This document shows, piece after piece, positions 55,290 to 64,000 of a stretch of DNA of 64,000 nt. The stretch comes from Methanothrix sp. (GTDB lineage: Archaea; Halobacteriota; Methanosarcinia; Methanotrichales; Methanotrichaceae), in contig DAOSXX010000006.1 in assembly GCA_035380685.1 (NCBI GenBank), forward strand, positions 9,961 through 73,960, in the 5' to 3' direction. The notes under the pieces are model-generated. The model was not told where the DNA came from. It was given only the letters and a program-made list of their open reading frames with translations, and ran no database searches. Made by a program: the position numbers and the translations under genes. Positions within the stretch are counted from its first letter, which is position 1, and every line of letters begins with the position of its first letter.

Positions 55290-56063
55290 TTATTTCTGGC
55301 CCAGCACATTGGCCATGGCGTATACGCCGCTGGGGACCGCCGTCACCCATCTCGCGGCCCGGACAGCGCCGCTGGCGAAGGCCTGTCGGCTGTGGGCCTG
55401 ATGCTTTATCTCCAGCCGCTCGCCGGGTCCTGCGAATAGGACGGTGTGGTCGCCGACGATGTCTCCGGCCCGGACGGCGTGGACCCCGATCTCGTCTCCC
55501 CGGAGGCCCTGCCCCTCCCTGCCGTGGACGGCTTCCCTCTTGCCGGTCGCCTCCGCCAGGACGCGAACTGCCTCCATCGCCGTCCCGCTGGGAGCGTCCA
55601 TCTTGTTTCGATGATGGGCCTCGATCACCTCGATGTCGTAGCCCTCCAAAGACCTCGCTGCTACCTCGATCAGCTTCCAGAAGAGGTTGACGCCGACGCT
55701 GAAGTTTGGCGAGATGACGGCGGCCACCTTTCCATCGACCGACCGACCGATCTCCGTCTTCTGATCCTCGGTGAGGCCGGTGGTACCCACCACCAGGTTG
55801 ACGCCGAGGTCCGCCGCTACTCGGACGTTCTCGACCGTGGCGACCGGCGTCGTGAAGTCGATGAGGACCTCTGCCCCCGACCTTTTTAGGACCTCTGCCA
55901 GCTTCGAGGCGTCAGAGACGAGGACCCCTCCACCGAGAGGGTCGCCCGCCCCCCGGACGTCGAATCCCGCCACCAGCTCCAGATCCTCGAACCTCTTGAC
56001 CTCGTCGATGATAAGCTGGCCCATCCTTCCTTTGGCACCTGCCACGGCTATCTTGACGGTCAT
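55290..56063 (-). CDS. dapB: 4-hydroxy-tetrahydrodipicolinate reductase
   Basis: 257 aa: MTVKIAVAGAKGRMGQ..., ..IEAHHRNKMDAPSGTA.. The start overlaps the dapA stop (ATGA). Confidence 0.95.
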   Translation of the reverse strand: MTVKIAVAGAKGRMGQLIIDEVKRFEDLELVAGFDVRGAGDPLGGGVLVSDASKLAEVLKRSGAEVLIDFTTPVATVENVRVAADLGVNLVVGTTGLTEDQKTEIGRSVDGKVAAVISPNFSVGVNLFWKLIEVAARSLEGYDIEVIEAHHRNKMDAPSGTAMEAVRVLAEATGKREAVHGREGQGLRGDEIGVHAVRAGDIVGDHTVLFAGPGERLEIKHQAHSRQAFASGAVRAARWVTAVPSGVYAMANVLGQK

Positions 56064-56935
56064 CGAAACTCGCCCAGGAGGTCGACGGTCTCTTTCAGCC
56101 TTTTCTCGTTCGTCTCGGACATCGGCGCCAGAGGAAGCCTCAGAGGACCTGCGGCAAGGCCGATCATCCCCGTCGCCGTCTTCACGGGGATGGGGTTAGT
56201 CTCCAAAAACAGGTCTCTTGCGAGGGGTGATAGGGTGTAATGCATCCTCCTCGCCGTCTCCAGGTCGCCTTTGAGCATGGCGTCCACCATCGCCACCATC
56301 TTCCTCGGTGCCACATCCGCGACCACCGATATGACGCCCCTCCCTCCAAGGGCCATGATGGGGATGGTGAGGCCGTCGTCTCCGGAGAGGACCACGAAAT
56401 TCTCGTCTTTTGTCAGCTCGATGATGCTGGAGATCTGAGAGAGGCTGCCGCTCGCCTCCTTGATCCCCACGACGTTCTCGATCCTGGCCAGCTCCGCCAC
56501 CACCTCTGGCTTGAGGTTGACGCCGGTCCGGGACGGGACGTTGTAGAGGATCAGGGGGATGTCGCAGCTCTCGGCCACGGCCCTGAAGTGGGCGATCATT
56601 CCCCGGTCGTTCGGCTTGTTGTAGTAGGGGGTGATCAGCAGGGCCGCATCGGCGCCAGCGTCCTCGGCGTGCTTGGTGAGCTCCACCGCCTCCCTGGTGT
56701 TGTTGGAGCCGGTGCCCGCCACCACCAGGACTTGCGAAGAGTCGACCGCGACCTCGACGACCTTCTTGTGCTCCTCAAAGGTCAGAGTAGCAGACTCGCC
56801 TGTGGTGCCGCAGGGGACTATGCCAGAGACGCCAGCCTCGCCAAAAAACTCGATATTTCCCCTAAAGCCCTCCTCGTCCAGCTCACCGTCCTCTTTGAAG
56901 GGCGTGATGATGGCCGGAAGCACACCTTCAAACAT
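56060..56935 (-). CDS. dapA: 4-hydroxy-tetrahydrodipicolinate synthase
   Basis: 291 aa: ..GIVPCGTTGESATLT.EEH..., ..YNVPSRTG.., ..GIKEASG.. Confidence 0.95.
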   Translation of the reverse strand: MFEGVLPAIITPFKEDGELDEEGFRGNIEFFGEAGVSGIVPCGTTGESATLTFEEHKKVVEVAVDSSQVLVVAGTGSNNTREAVELTKHAEDAGADAALLITPYYNKPNDRGMIAHFRAVAESCDIPLILYNVPSRTGVNLKPEVVAELARIENVVGIKEASGSLSQISSIIELTKDENFVVLSGDDGLTIPIMALGGRGVISVVADVAPRKMVAMVDAMLKGDLETARRMHYTLSPLARDLFLETNPIPVKTATGMIGLAAGPLRLPLAPMSETNEKRLKETVDLLGEFR

Positions 56936-56940
56936 CCACC

Positions 56941-57132
56941 TTACTCTCCTCGGAACTGGACTTTGCGGGTTATGTAGCCCGCCACCCGGTTGCGGATGGA
57001 CTTGTACTTGATGTCGGTGTACTCCGTCACCATATCCTTGTTATGCTCGAAATCGTTGTTGAAGACGCCCTGGTGGGTCTTCATCAGGTCATCTGCAAAA
57101 TTCTTGATGTAGTTAGGCTTCACACTTCCCAT
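56941..57132 (-). CDS. rps17e: 30S ribosomal protein S17e
   Basis: MGSVKPNYIKNFADDLMKTHQGVFNNDFEHNKDMVTEYTDIKYKSIRNRVAGYITRKVQ.. from the ATG at 57132. The longest ORF extends to 57174. Confidence 0.9.
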   Translation of the reverse strand: MGSVKPNYIKNFADDLMKTHQGVFNNDFEHNKDMVTEYTDIKYKSIRNRVAGYITRKVQFRGE

Positions 57133-57177
57133 ATCGGACACTCCAAATAAAGAACCGCAATGTCCAAGGATCAAACA

Positions 57178-58560
57178 TCAATTTATAGGTTCCCGTCTGA
57201 CCGAAGGACTTCTCGCTATCGCGACCGCGATGCTCGCCACCTCGGCGGCAGAAGCTCCGAGGAGCCTCACCATCGGCTCCTTTCCGGCCCCTCCCCGGTC
57301 CCAGATTACCTGGGGAAGAGAACCCGAAATATCGGGCGGCGACCCCGCACCGGATCCGGGCCTCGACCTGAACCTTTTTATCGCCTCGGCAGTGCCCCAG
57401 CTCATGGTCTTCGAGCCCGAGGGCTCGGAATTCCTGCTGAAGGAGGATGCGGTTAAGCCCAGGTCCGAGACCGCCTCCAGGACGTCGGGGCCGTACCTGA
57501 TGTTCATCCCGGCCCTGGCCTCGGGATCGAAGCTCATGGCCGCGAGGATTATCCGGGCGACGTGGCTGCTGGCCCCGAACCGGACAGCTCCGCAGGCCTT
57601 AACCCTGTACCCGACCCTCACCATCCTCCCCTCGACGGCGGCGACGTCCCGAGGGCCCGAGGCGCCCGATATCGCCATCCCCAGGTTCGATCCCACCTCC
57701 GGGATCAGATGGCGAAACTCGGGCTCATCCATGAGAAGGTCGACACCCTCCTGAACCTCCGTCAAAACATCGAACCTCTCGGCCCTCTCCAGGGTTTCGC
57801 CCAGGGCGTTCACAGGCGATGCGCCCCTGCCGACGTTGATGCTCTTTCTGACCGAGGCTTTCGCAAACTTCTTTGCGGCACCTGCGGCCTCTTCCAGCTC
57901 CAGGCCCTTCGCCAAAAAGGCCGTCAGAGCCGCAGAGTAGGTGCATCCTACCCCGTGGTTTCCGCCCTCCGCCTTATCGCCACGGATGATGACGTGGCCT
58001 TTAGCCGTCACCAGAACGTCGTTTCCCTCAAGATGACCGCCGGTGACGATGGCGGCCTCGGCCCCCATATCGACGATGACAAGGCCCGCCCCGAGGGCGC
58101 TCTCCTCGTCTCTGACCTCGATTCCGGTGATCGTCTCGGCCTCGAAGATGTTGGGGGTGACGACCCGGGCGAGGGGGATCAGCCTCTTGCAGAGCAGGTC
58201 GACCGCCGGAGATTCGAGGAGCCTTCCTCCGGCCTCGGCCTCGATCACGGGGTCCACAACCAGAGGGATTTTTTTCCCCTCGAAAAATTCGGCGACGTTC
58301 GATACGATCTCTTTTGAAGAGAGCATCCCCGTCTTGGCGGCGGAGATCTCGAAGTCCTCGACGAGCGCCTCCATCTGGGCAGCGACCGCCTCTGGGGCGA
58401 GGGGATAAACCATTTTCACGCCGAGGGTGTTTTGGGCCGTTGCGGCGGTAATGGCGGAGGTCCCATGAAACCCGAGGCCGGCAAAGGTCTTGATGTCGGC
58501 CTGAATACCCGCTCCCCCGGAGGAGTCGGAGCCGCCTATGGTCATTAGGACCTTTTTCAT
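57178..58560 (-). CDS. thiDN: Bifunctional hydroxymethylpyrimidine/phosphomethylpyrimidine kinase and thiamine-phosphate synthase (ThiD-ThiN fusion)
   Basis: N-terminal ThiD (MTIGGSDSSGGAGIQADIKTF...). C-terminal ThiN-type domain (..PEVGSNLGMAI...RFGASSHVARIIL..). Confidence 0.9.
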   Translation of the reverse strand: MKKVLMTIGGSDSSGGAGIQADIKTFAGLGFHGTSAITAATAQNTLGVKMVYPLAPEAVAAQMEALVEDFEISAAKTGMLSSKEIVSNVAEFFEGKKIPLVVDPVIEAEAGGRLLESPAVDLLCKRLIPLARVVTPNIFEAETITGIEVRDEESALGAGLVIVDMGAEAAIVTGGHLEGNDVLVTAKGHVIIRGDKAEGGNHGVGCTYSAALTAFLAKGLELEEAAGAAKKFAKASVRKSINVGRGASPVNALGETLERAERFDVLTEVQEGVDLLMDEPEFRHLIPEVGSNLGMAISGASGPRDVAAVEGRMVRVGYRVKACGAVRFGASSHVARIILAAMSFDPEARAGMNIRYGPDVLEAVSDLGLTASSFSRNSEPSGSKTMSWGTAEAIKRFRSRPGSGAGSPPDISGSLPQVIWDRGGAGKEPMVRLLGASAAEVASIAVAIARSPSVRREPIN

Positions 58561-58563
58561 GGG

Positions 58564-59124
58564 TCACCTGCGACCTTTCGCCTTCGTCTCCGCATCCCGG
58601 ATCAGGTCCTCGGAGAGCTCGTACTTTCGGGCCATCTTCAGGGCCTTGTTGTAGAGGCCGGAGTCCATGAACATCAAGTACGCCTTCTCAGCCGCCTCGA
58701 TCCTCATCTCGTCGGGAAGCTCGAACATGACCGCGATCTCGGCGGCGTTCTTGGCGAGGCCGTAGTCCATGCTCTTTTTGAAGGCCTGGACCGCAGCCTC
58801 TCTGGTCATCTCAGGGGGCAGATCGAACTTCTTGGCGTACTCGGCCGCGGCTTTGTAATGCTCGCCGTCAACCTTCCTCGAAAAGGACCTGGAGGCGGCG
58901 TCCCTCACCAGCTTTTCTGGGAGGCGGTACTCCTTCGCCAGGTCAGCCGCAAGAGAGTATTCGCCAAGGCCCAAGACCCTCGAATACTCTTTTGTAACGG
59001 CATCTGCGAGCATATCGAGAGGGAGGGAGTGGTCCTCCTTAATCTTAGCAGCCTCTTTGTACCTTCCTTGAGCCATCTTCTCCTCGAAGAGCCTGACCGC
59101 ATCGGTCAGAGCTTTCTCTGCCAT
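58564..59124 (-). CDS. Hypothetical all-helical repeat protein (five units of about 34 aa)
   Basis: Repeats carry the motif Y..AA..AK.(Y/F).LP.E....A. The ATG at 59124 has GAGGTG 8 nt upstream, and a TTG at 59130 is an alternative start. Confidence 0.75.
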   Translation of the reverse strand: MAEKALTDAVRLFEEKMAQGRYKEAAKIKEDHSLPLDMLADAVTKEYSRVLGLGEYSLAADLAKEYRLPEKLVRDAASRSFSRKVDGEHYKAAAEYAKKFDLPPEMTREAAVQAFKKSMDYGLAKNAAEIAVMFELPDEMRIEAAEKAYLMFMDSGLYNKALKMARKYELSEDLIRDAETKAKGRR

Positions 59125-59180
59125 GATCAAAACACCTCAAAGCCCATAATCTGTCGGCATCCTATAAAAATACAGCAACA

Positions 59181-59594
59181 TCATCTCAGAGCCGTGATGA
59201 AGGCGTACTGGCTGGTGGTGGGAAGGCTCCGCCTGATCTCTCTTATCTCCGGCATGTAGATGATCACCATCTTCCGGTCTCCCCGGTCGATCTTGAGAAG
59301 CTTTCTCACAAGGGTGCACTCGGCCTCCCCCTGGACCCGGGCCGAGCCGCTCCCATACTGGGGGGCCATCTCTATCAGCATCGGAAGCCTGAGCCGGTCC
59401 CAGAGGTAGCGGGGGACGGATTCGGAGATGAGGTCCAGCTCCTTTCTGTCCATGATGTAAAAGGTGTTGTCCTTGCCCCGGACCCCCGGCTTCTCCTCTT
59501 TGAGAAGCTCGGTGAGCTTCTTCCTCCTCCCCGGGAGATGCTGGTTCATCGACTGAACCGTCTTGACTATCAGGTTGTTGTCAACGGCGACCAT
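59181..59594 (-). CDS. UPF0216 / DUF61 family protein
   Basis: 137 aa: ..LPGRRKKLTELL....P.V..KD...Y.....EL..I.........LRLP++IE...........V.G......V.K+L........+++Y.PE+.E+RR.LPTT+QY.F. Confidence 0.8.
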   Translation of the reverse strand: MVAVDNNLIVKTVQSMNQHLPGRRKKLTELLKEEKPGVRGKDNTFYIMDRKELDLISESVPRYLWDRLRLPMLIEMAPQYGSGSARVQGEAECTLVRKLLKIDRGDRKMVIIYMPEIREIRRSLPTTSQYAFITALR

Positions 59595-59671
59595 CCCTTT
59601 TCCATCAGCCCCTGACCGACTTAAAGGTTATCCGTGACCATCTTTGCGAGGTCAAAAAGCCGCCTTCGACC

Positions 59672-60880
59672 TCAGAGGTCCTCGAAAGTGTGCTGGATGG
59701 GGTTACGCCTGATGTTTAGATGCCTCATGGCCGCCTTCTTCACTCGCTCTCGGTTCTCTTCGGTAGTGTAGACCCCGAGCCTCCAGGCCGCAAGGTGCGC
59801 GCTCTCCATGATGGTGACGAGGGGAGAGACATCACGAAGGGGCTTTCTCTCGCCGTCCTCTCCTATTATGGCCACGTTTCCCTCTGCGATTCTGGGCAGG
59901 CTTGGCTTATCGACGAGGACGTACAGTGGGTCTATCCCAGCCAATCCGGCGATCTCCTCGGCCATCCTGTCCTCGCGCCCTCGGTAGATAGTCGCTGGAG
60001 ACTCGAGGCGGTCCCGGCCTACGTAGACCGCTCGCTTGAAAAGGCGCCTCGACCTAATCCGGCTGATGATCTCCCCAGGGTAGCCGCCAGCAGAGGTCAT
60101 GGCGGCCACAAGCTCGATGTCATCCATATCCCTGATCTTTCGGGGATCGAACCCCTCCTCGACCATGACGTGGACCCCGACCCCCAGCATCTTCTGGGCG
60201 ATCCTCGATACGTGGTGGAAGTAGACCGTCGGGTACATTAGAAGCCTCGAAACCAGCAGGGACTCGGCGGCGTGAACCCCCCCTTCCTCCAGGGCGAGCT
60301 GGCCATCCCTAATGGTCATCGTCTTCATCAACCTCTGATAATCTACGACGCCGTAGGCGACGCCGGTGTAGTGGGCGTCACGGGTCAGGTAGTCCATTCT
60401 GTCGACGTCGATCTCGCCGCTGACCATCTGGCCCAGATGAGTCTCCCCGCTGATCAGCCTTTGGATCCGGTAGGGCTTGAGCCCATAATCGGCGAGAACG
60501 TCCCCAAGTTCACCCCTTTTGAGCCGGTCGGAGACGTTCTCGTGCTCCTCCCGAAGGTAGGCTGAGAGTACCTTTTCGGTGACGTGGGAAAAAGGGCCGT
60601 GACCTACGTCGTGAAGGAGGGCGGCGGCCTGGATCTCCGCTCTGTCGTCTACATCCAGCTCGAGATGGCGGGCCAGAAGGGCGGAGAGGTGGTAGGCTCC
60701 CAGGCTGTGCTCAAACCGCGTGTGATTGGCGCCGGGGTAGACGAGGTTGGCAAGCCCCAGCTGCTTTATCCATCTCAGCCTCTGCATCTCCTGGGTGTCG
60801 GCGAGATCCAGGGCCATCTCGTCCAGCTCGACGTATCCATGGATCGGATCCCTTATCGTGGTCATGGGGAACCTCGCCAT
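59672..60880 (-). CDS. HD-domain metal-dependent phosphohydrolase (SAMHD1/dGTPase-like superfamily)
   Basis: 402 aa: IRDPIHGYVEL......L.DT.EMQRLR.IKQLG......PGANHTRFEHSLG..HL....., ..LLHDVGHGPFSH.. Confidence 0.88.
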   Translation of the reverse strand: MARFPMTTIRDPIHGYVELDEMALDLADTQEMQRLRWIKQLGLANLVYPGANHTRFEHSLGAYHLSALLARHLELDVDDRAEIQAAALLHDVGHGPFSHVTEKVLSAYLREEHENVSDRLKRGELGDVLADYGLKPYRIQRLISGETHLGQMVSGEIDVDRMDYLTRDAHYTGVAYGVVDYQRLMKTMTIRDGQLALEEGGVHAAESLLVSRLLMYPTVYFHHVSRIAQKMLGVGVHVMVEEGFDPRKIRDMDDIELVAAMTSAGGYPGEIISRIRSRRLFKRAVYVGRDRLESPATIYRGREDRMAEEIAGLAGIDPLYVLVDKPSLPRIAEGNVAIIGEDGERKPLRDVSPLVTIMESAHLAAWRLGVYTTEENRERVKKAAMRHLNIRRNPIQHTFEDL

Positions 60881-60948
60881 CTCGTTTCGCCCTTCGTCAA
60901 TTTACCCTTTTTGTCGTCCAGGATAGTTTTAATAAATCCGGGCCCAAT

Positions 60949-61557
60949 ATGATAAGACAAATGATCAAAAATACCCTATTGATCTGTGCAGCTCTGGCGT
61001 CTCTGGTATTGATCGCCGGCCTTGCCGAGGCCAACCCAGACCTTACGGGGCTTTGGGCCTTCCGATGCGAGGAGGATCAAATCTCCGGCGATCCTCTCCC
61101 CCTAGAGGATTTCACGGCGGCTCTCTTCCAGGCGGGATCGGCCATCTCCGGAGCCTGTACCGGCGAGTCCCCCGACCCCTGGAATGGGATGGTGACGGGC
61201 CGATTCGATGGAAGCAGCCTCGATATGGAGGTCCTGTTGATACAACGTCCCCTGGCGGTCGCAAGAATGAACGGCGTCTTCAACGATTCGGGCCTTCTTG
61301 TGGGAACCTTCGTCTGCTCGGATGAGATCGGGGCTGGCTGGAAGGGCAGCTTCAGCGCCTCGCTGACAAGCCCGAACGTTTCCCTCTACGAGCCAGCCAT
61401 CTCTGAACCCTTCTCCTTCGTTCCCATCGTTTCGGGAGGAATTTCAGACTTCGAGGAGGTGACCATGACGCCCCCGATCGAGGAAGCCCCAACGAAGAGA
61501 GCGGTCCAAGTCATCAGCTACTCCAGGGACACGATCTACGCACGGCCCGTTATGTGA
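60949..61557 (+). CDS. Secreted hypothetical protein
   Basis: 202 aa. Signal peptide MIRQMIKNTLLICAALASLVLIAGLAEA. No family recognised. Confidence 0.7.
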   Translation: MIRQMIKNTLLICAALASLVLIAGLAEANPDLTGLWAFRCEEDQISGDPLPLEDFTAALFQAGSAISGACTGESPDPWNGMVTGRFDGSSLDMEVLLIQRPLAVARMNGVFNDSGLLVGTFVCSDEIGAGWKGSFSASLTSPNVSLYEPAISEPFSFVPIVSGGISDFEEVTMTPPIEEAPTKRAVQVISYSRDTIYARPVM

Positions 61558-61635
61558 GATTATAGAAAAAGAGATACAAAAAAGAGAAGCAGAAGGCCTG
61601 GAGTTCTCGAAAACCCCGGGCCCTTTTATAAACGT

Positions 61636-63015
61636 TTAGTGGGCCTCTCCGACGAGGTCTTTCCCCTCGGCCTTTCTCTCGACCGTCTCGACCTTGCAGA
61701 CTTCCTCGTCGCAGACGATTACGTCCTGCTCCTGGAACTTGCTGTAAGAGTTCTCTGGGATGGTGATGTCCAGGCCCATGGCTGCGGTCATCAGCTCGAC
61801 GACGTCGACGACCTTGATGTCGGACTTCTCCGGCATGGCCGCCCTTCCGTCCATGATGTTACGCCTGCAGAAGGGGCAGGTGCTGGCGATGATGTCGGCG
61901 GCTACGAGCTGGGCGTCGCCCATCCGAGCCTTGGCGCAGTCGAGGGCGAGGTCTGGAATTCCGGCCTTGACGCCGCCGCCGGCGCCGCAGCACCTCTGAA
62001 ACTCTCGTGACCGAGCCATATCCTCGAACTGAACTCCGGGGATGGACTTCAGGATGTCTCTTGGGGCCTCATAGGCCCAGTCTCTGCCGTTTATGTGCAT
62101 CAGGTGCCTTCCGTTGTGGCAGGGGTCGTGGTAGGTGACCTTGAAGTTGAGGGGCCTCTTCCACTCCACCTCGCCGCTCCTAACCTTTTCTCTTAGGTAG
62201 ACGGAGAGGGGGACGTTCTTGTAGGGGATGTAACCCTCGTACCATCTCGGCCAGTCGACGGTGGCGGTTCTCAGACAGCCCGCACAGGCGTAGAGGACCG
62301 TCTTTACGCCCCTGTCCTTGAGGGCGTCGACGTTGTGGACCGCATGTTCCTTCATGATAGGACGCTGACCGGTTCTAACCAGAGCCGAAGAGCAGCACCA
62401 CTCATCTTCTCCGAGCATGCAGAAGGGTATGTCCAGGTTGTTCATCAGCCGGACAGAGGCGACGGCGAGGGCCTGCTGCCGATAGGCTGCGGTGCAGCCC
62501 GCGAAGTATGCGATCTCCGACGACTCAAGAACCGTCGCATCCTTGGGGACCCAGCAGAGCCTCTCTTCCTGCTTTGCCTGGAAGGGGTTTCTGTCCTTTC
62601 CGAGAAGTCCTGGGAAGAAGGACTGCTTCCCGTAGGGGCCGTTTCCTCTTGCAACCAGGTTTGGCCTCATGGCCTCCCAGAGTTCGACGGTGTTTATTCC
62701 AGATTCGCAGACGGTGCCGCAGACGCCGCAGGTGGTGCAGTAGTACGTATCTTCGGAGAACTTGTTGATCTCGTCCTCGTTCAGGGGCTTGGACCCGAAT
62801 AGCTTCGCCCGCAGGCCATACTGGCTTCCGAGAAGCTCCCTGAACTTGGCGATCTTGTACATGGGTGTGATCTCGGGGCGGTCCTGCCTCACGTCAAAAG
62901 TAGGACACCACTTCATGCACTCCTGACATCGGGTGCATCCGTCCAGCTCCATCAGCTGGGTGGACATGAGGAATCCTGATACGAGGGGCTTTTTCTCGTT
63001 TCCTGCGTCAGCCAT
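61636..63015 (-). CDS. hdrD: Heterodisulfide reductase subunit D (Fe-S / CCG-domain subunit)
   Basis: 459 aa. Two ferredoxin-type motifs (CTRCQECMKWCP, CTTCGVCGTVCE). Two CCG-type Cys-rich domains (..EWCCSS.., ..CCGAGGG..). Immediately downstream of hdrE. Confidence 0.88.
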   Translation of the reverse strand: MADAGNEKKPLVSGFLMSTQLMELDGCTRCQECMKWCPTFDVRQDRPEITPMYKIAKFRELLGSQYGLRAKLFGSKPLNEDEINKFSEDTYYCTTCGVCGTVCESGINTVELWEAMRPNLVARGNGPYGKQSFFPGLLGKDRNPFQAKQEERLCWVPKDATVLESSEIAYFAGCTAAYRQQALAVASVRLMNNLDIPFCMLGEDEWCCSSALVRTGQRPIMKEHAVHNVDALKDRGVKTVLYACAGCLRTATVDWPRWYEGYIPYKNVPLSVYLREKVRSGEVEWKRPLNFKVTYHDPCHNGRHLMHINGRDWAYEAPRDILKSIPGVQFEDMARSREFQRCCGAGGGVKAGIPDLALDCAKARMGDAQLVAADIIASTCPFCRRNIMDGRAAMPEKSDIKVVDVVELMTAAMGLDITIPENSYSKFQEQDVIVCDEEVCKVETVERKAEGKDLVGEAH

Positions 63016-63016
63016 T

Positions 63017-63769
63017 TTATTCGCCTCCTCTGTTTGCGAGAATCGTCAGTGGCGCGGCTATTACGTGCATGTACTTGCTGTAGGGAAGGATTGCGACGAA
63101 GAGGAGCAGCGCCAGTATTGTGTGGAGCAGGGAGAAGTGGGGCGCATATATCGGGTTTGCGAAGGCGTCTCCGATGAGGAAGGAGTTGCCGCGCAGCCAC
63201 TCCGCGTAGAAGCCGGTGATGGTGATCAGAAATACTCCGCCCAGGAGAACCACGTCGTAGGCCGAGGTCCGGGATCTGACCTCTCTCAGGAAGACCCTTC
63301 TGAGGACCCCTATGGTGGCTCCTAAGAGGAGCAGGTAGCCGAAGATGTCAAAGGGAAGCTCCATATAGCCCTTCACCATCTCGGCCTGGTGGGCGAGGCC
63401 CAGGACATTGAAGTGCTCGATTATGTCCATGAAGAGGCCGAGGCCCGAGAGGGCGGCGAGGGTCAAAAACCCGTAGAATATCGTCATGTGCATGACCCAT
63501 CTCACGGGGCTCCTCCTGAGCGTCCGCCTGAGGAGCAGCACGTCGAGGATGAGGGTCTTTACGAATACCCATATGCCATCTTTGAAAGCTTCATGAATCC
63601 ATGTTGCGATAAAAAGCCAGAAGCTGTGTCGCAGCTCGTCCTGATAACCGGTGGACCCCATCCCCCACTTTTTGAAGTTAAAGTAGAGGCCGTAGATCCA
63701 GAATCCCAATACCACAACGGTAAGGGCGATCACTAACCAAAAGGTGAGACCAAGGGTGTAAAACGCCAT
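63017..63769 (-). CDS. hdrE: Heterodisulfide reductase subunit E (NarI-like b-type cytochrome membrane subunit)
   Basis: 250 aa with 5-6 TM helices and conserved His residues. AGGAGG lies upstream of the ATG. The stop abuts the hdrD start, the classical hdrED arrangement. Confidence 0.8.
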   Translation of the reverse strand: MAFYTLGLTFWLVIALTVVVLGFWIYGLYFNFKKWGMGSTGYQDELRHSFWLFIATWIHEAFKDGIWVFVKTLILDVLLLRRTLRRSPVRWVMHMTIFYGFLTLAALSGLGLFMDIIEHFNVLGLAHQAEMVKGYMELPFDIFGYLLLLGATIGVLRRVFLREVRSRTSAYDVVLLGGVFLITITGFYAEWLRGNSFLIGDAFANPIYAPHFSLLHTILALLLFVAILPYSKYMHVIAAPLTILANRGGE

Positions 63770-64000
63770 CTTATTTCCTCCTTTTTAAACCACTACCGAC
63801 TCCATCCGACCATCCTTTTCATTTGAGAGTAACCTACCTGAGAAACTAATACTTAAACGTTCCCTTCTGGTCATTTTGATGCTCGAATAATTTTGTGGGG
63901 AGAGAATTTCGACGACGACTTGAGATCGACTTTTGGTCGCTCGTTTGATTCGATCCCTTCTTCAGCCTGGCTGCAAATATGTAGTCTTTCGATCCGGCAC

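Noticed and set aside
56240-58317. Plus-strand ORFs (245, 174 and 251 aa) antisense to dapA and thiDN
   Set aside because: Shadow ORFs. The minus-strand genes are textbook.
60949-61557. Possible relatedness of the 202-aa secreted protein to the duplicated 90-aa module of the 731-aa protein (pattern TG.W ... Q.G..+.G ... G.+.G)
   Set aside because: The similarity is limited to a loose Gly/aromatic pattern that I could not align convincingly by eye. A profile comparison is needed before claiming it.

Overview
This is a high-GC archaeal chromosome segment. Hand counts give 43/60 G+C at 5041-5100, against 17/60 at 601-660 inside an AT-rich island. Gene content points to a cytochrome-containing methanogen of the Methanosarcinales/Methanotrichales type, and by composition it resembles Methanothrix/Methanosaeta; that organism call is inference. 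Supporting genes are hdrE-hdrD (membrane heterodisulfide reductase), cofE/cofC (F420 biosynthesis), gatD, aIF2-beta, L10e, S17e, RNase P Rpp21, thiDN, dapA-dapB and uvrB. I found no rRNA, tRNA or CRISPR array.

Accessory regions sit between the housekeeping blocks:
1. An AT-rich island (about 452-4330) carries two envelope-protein genes.
2. A mid-GC scar (about 9.7-12.9 kb) holds a DUF2341 protein, a truncated and frameshifted IS110 transposase, and a decayed duplicate of the neighbouring TPR gene's 3' end.
3. A HEAT-repeat protein has a possible atypical kinase-like C-terminal domain.
4. A secreted protein carries a near-identical 269-bp in-frame internal duplication, and its signal peptide is encoded in a different frame.
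5. The dominant feature is a roughly 22-kb same-strand surface-protein locus (52994 down to 30642). It has three adhesin-like genes with DUF11/PKD-like modules, including a protein of about 1584 aa. These are followed by eight tandem paralogs of a secreted NosD-like parallel beta-helix protein of about 565 aa. Each paralog has its own TATA-type promoter and Shine-Dalgarno site. The array shows an A-B-C unit duplication, gene-conversion tracts and decayed relics.
6. A frameshifted J-domain gene is paired with a zinc-ribbon gene.

The beta-helix paralog array together with its upstream adhesin operon is my best candidate for an uncharacterised cell-envelope system.
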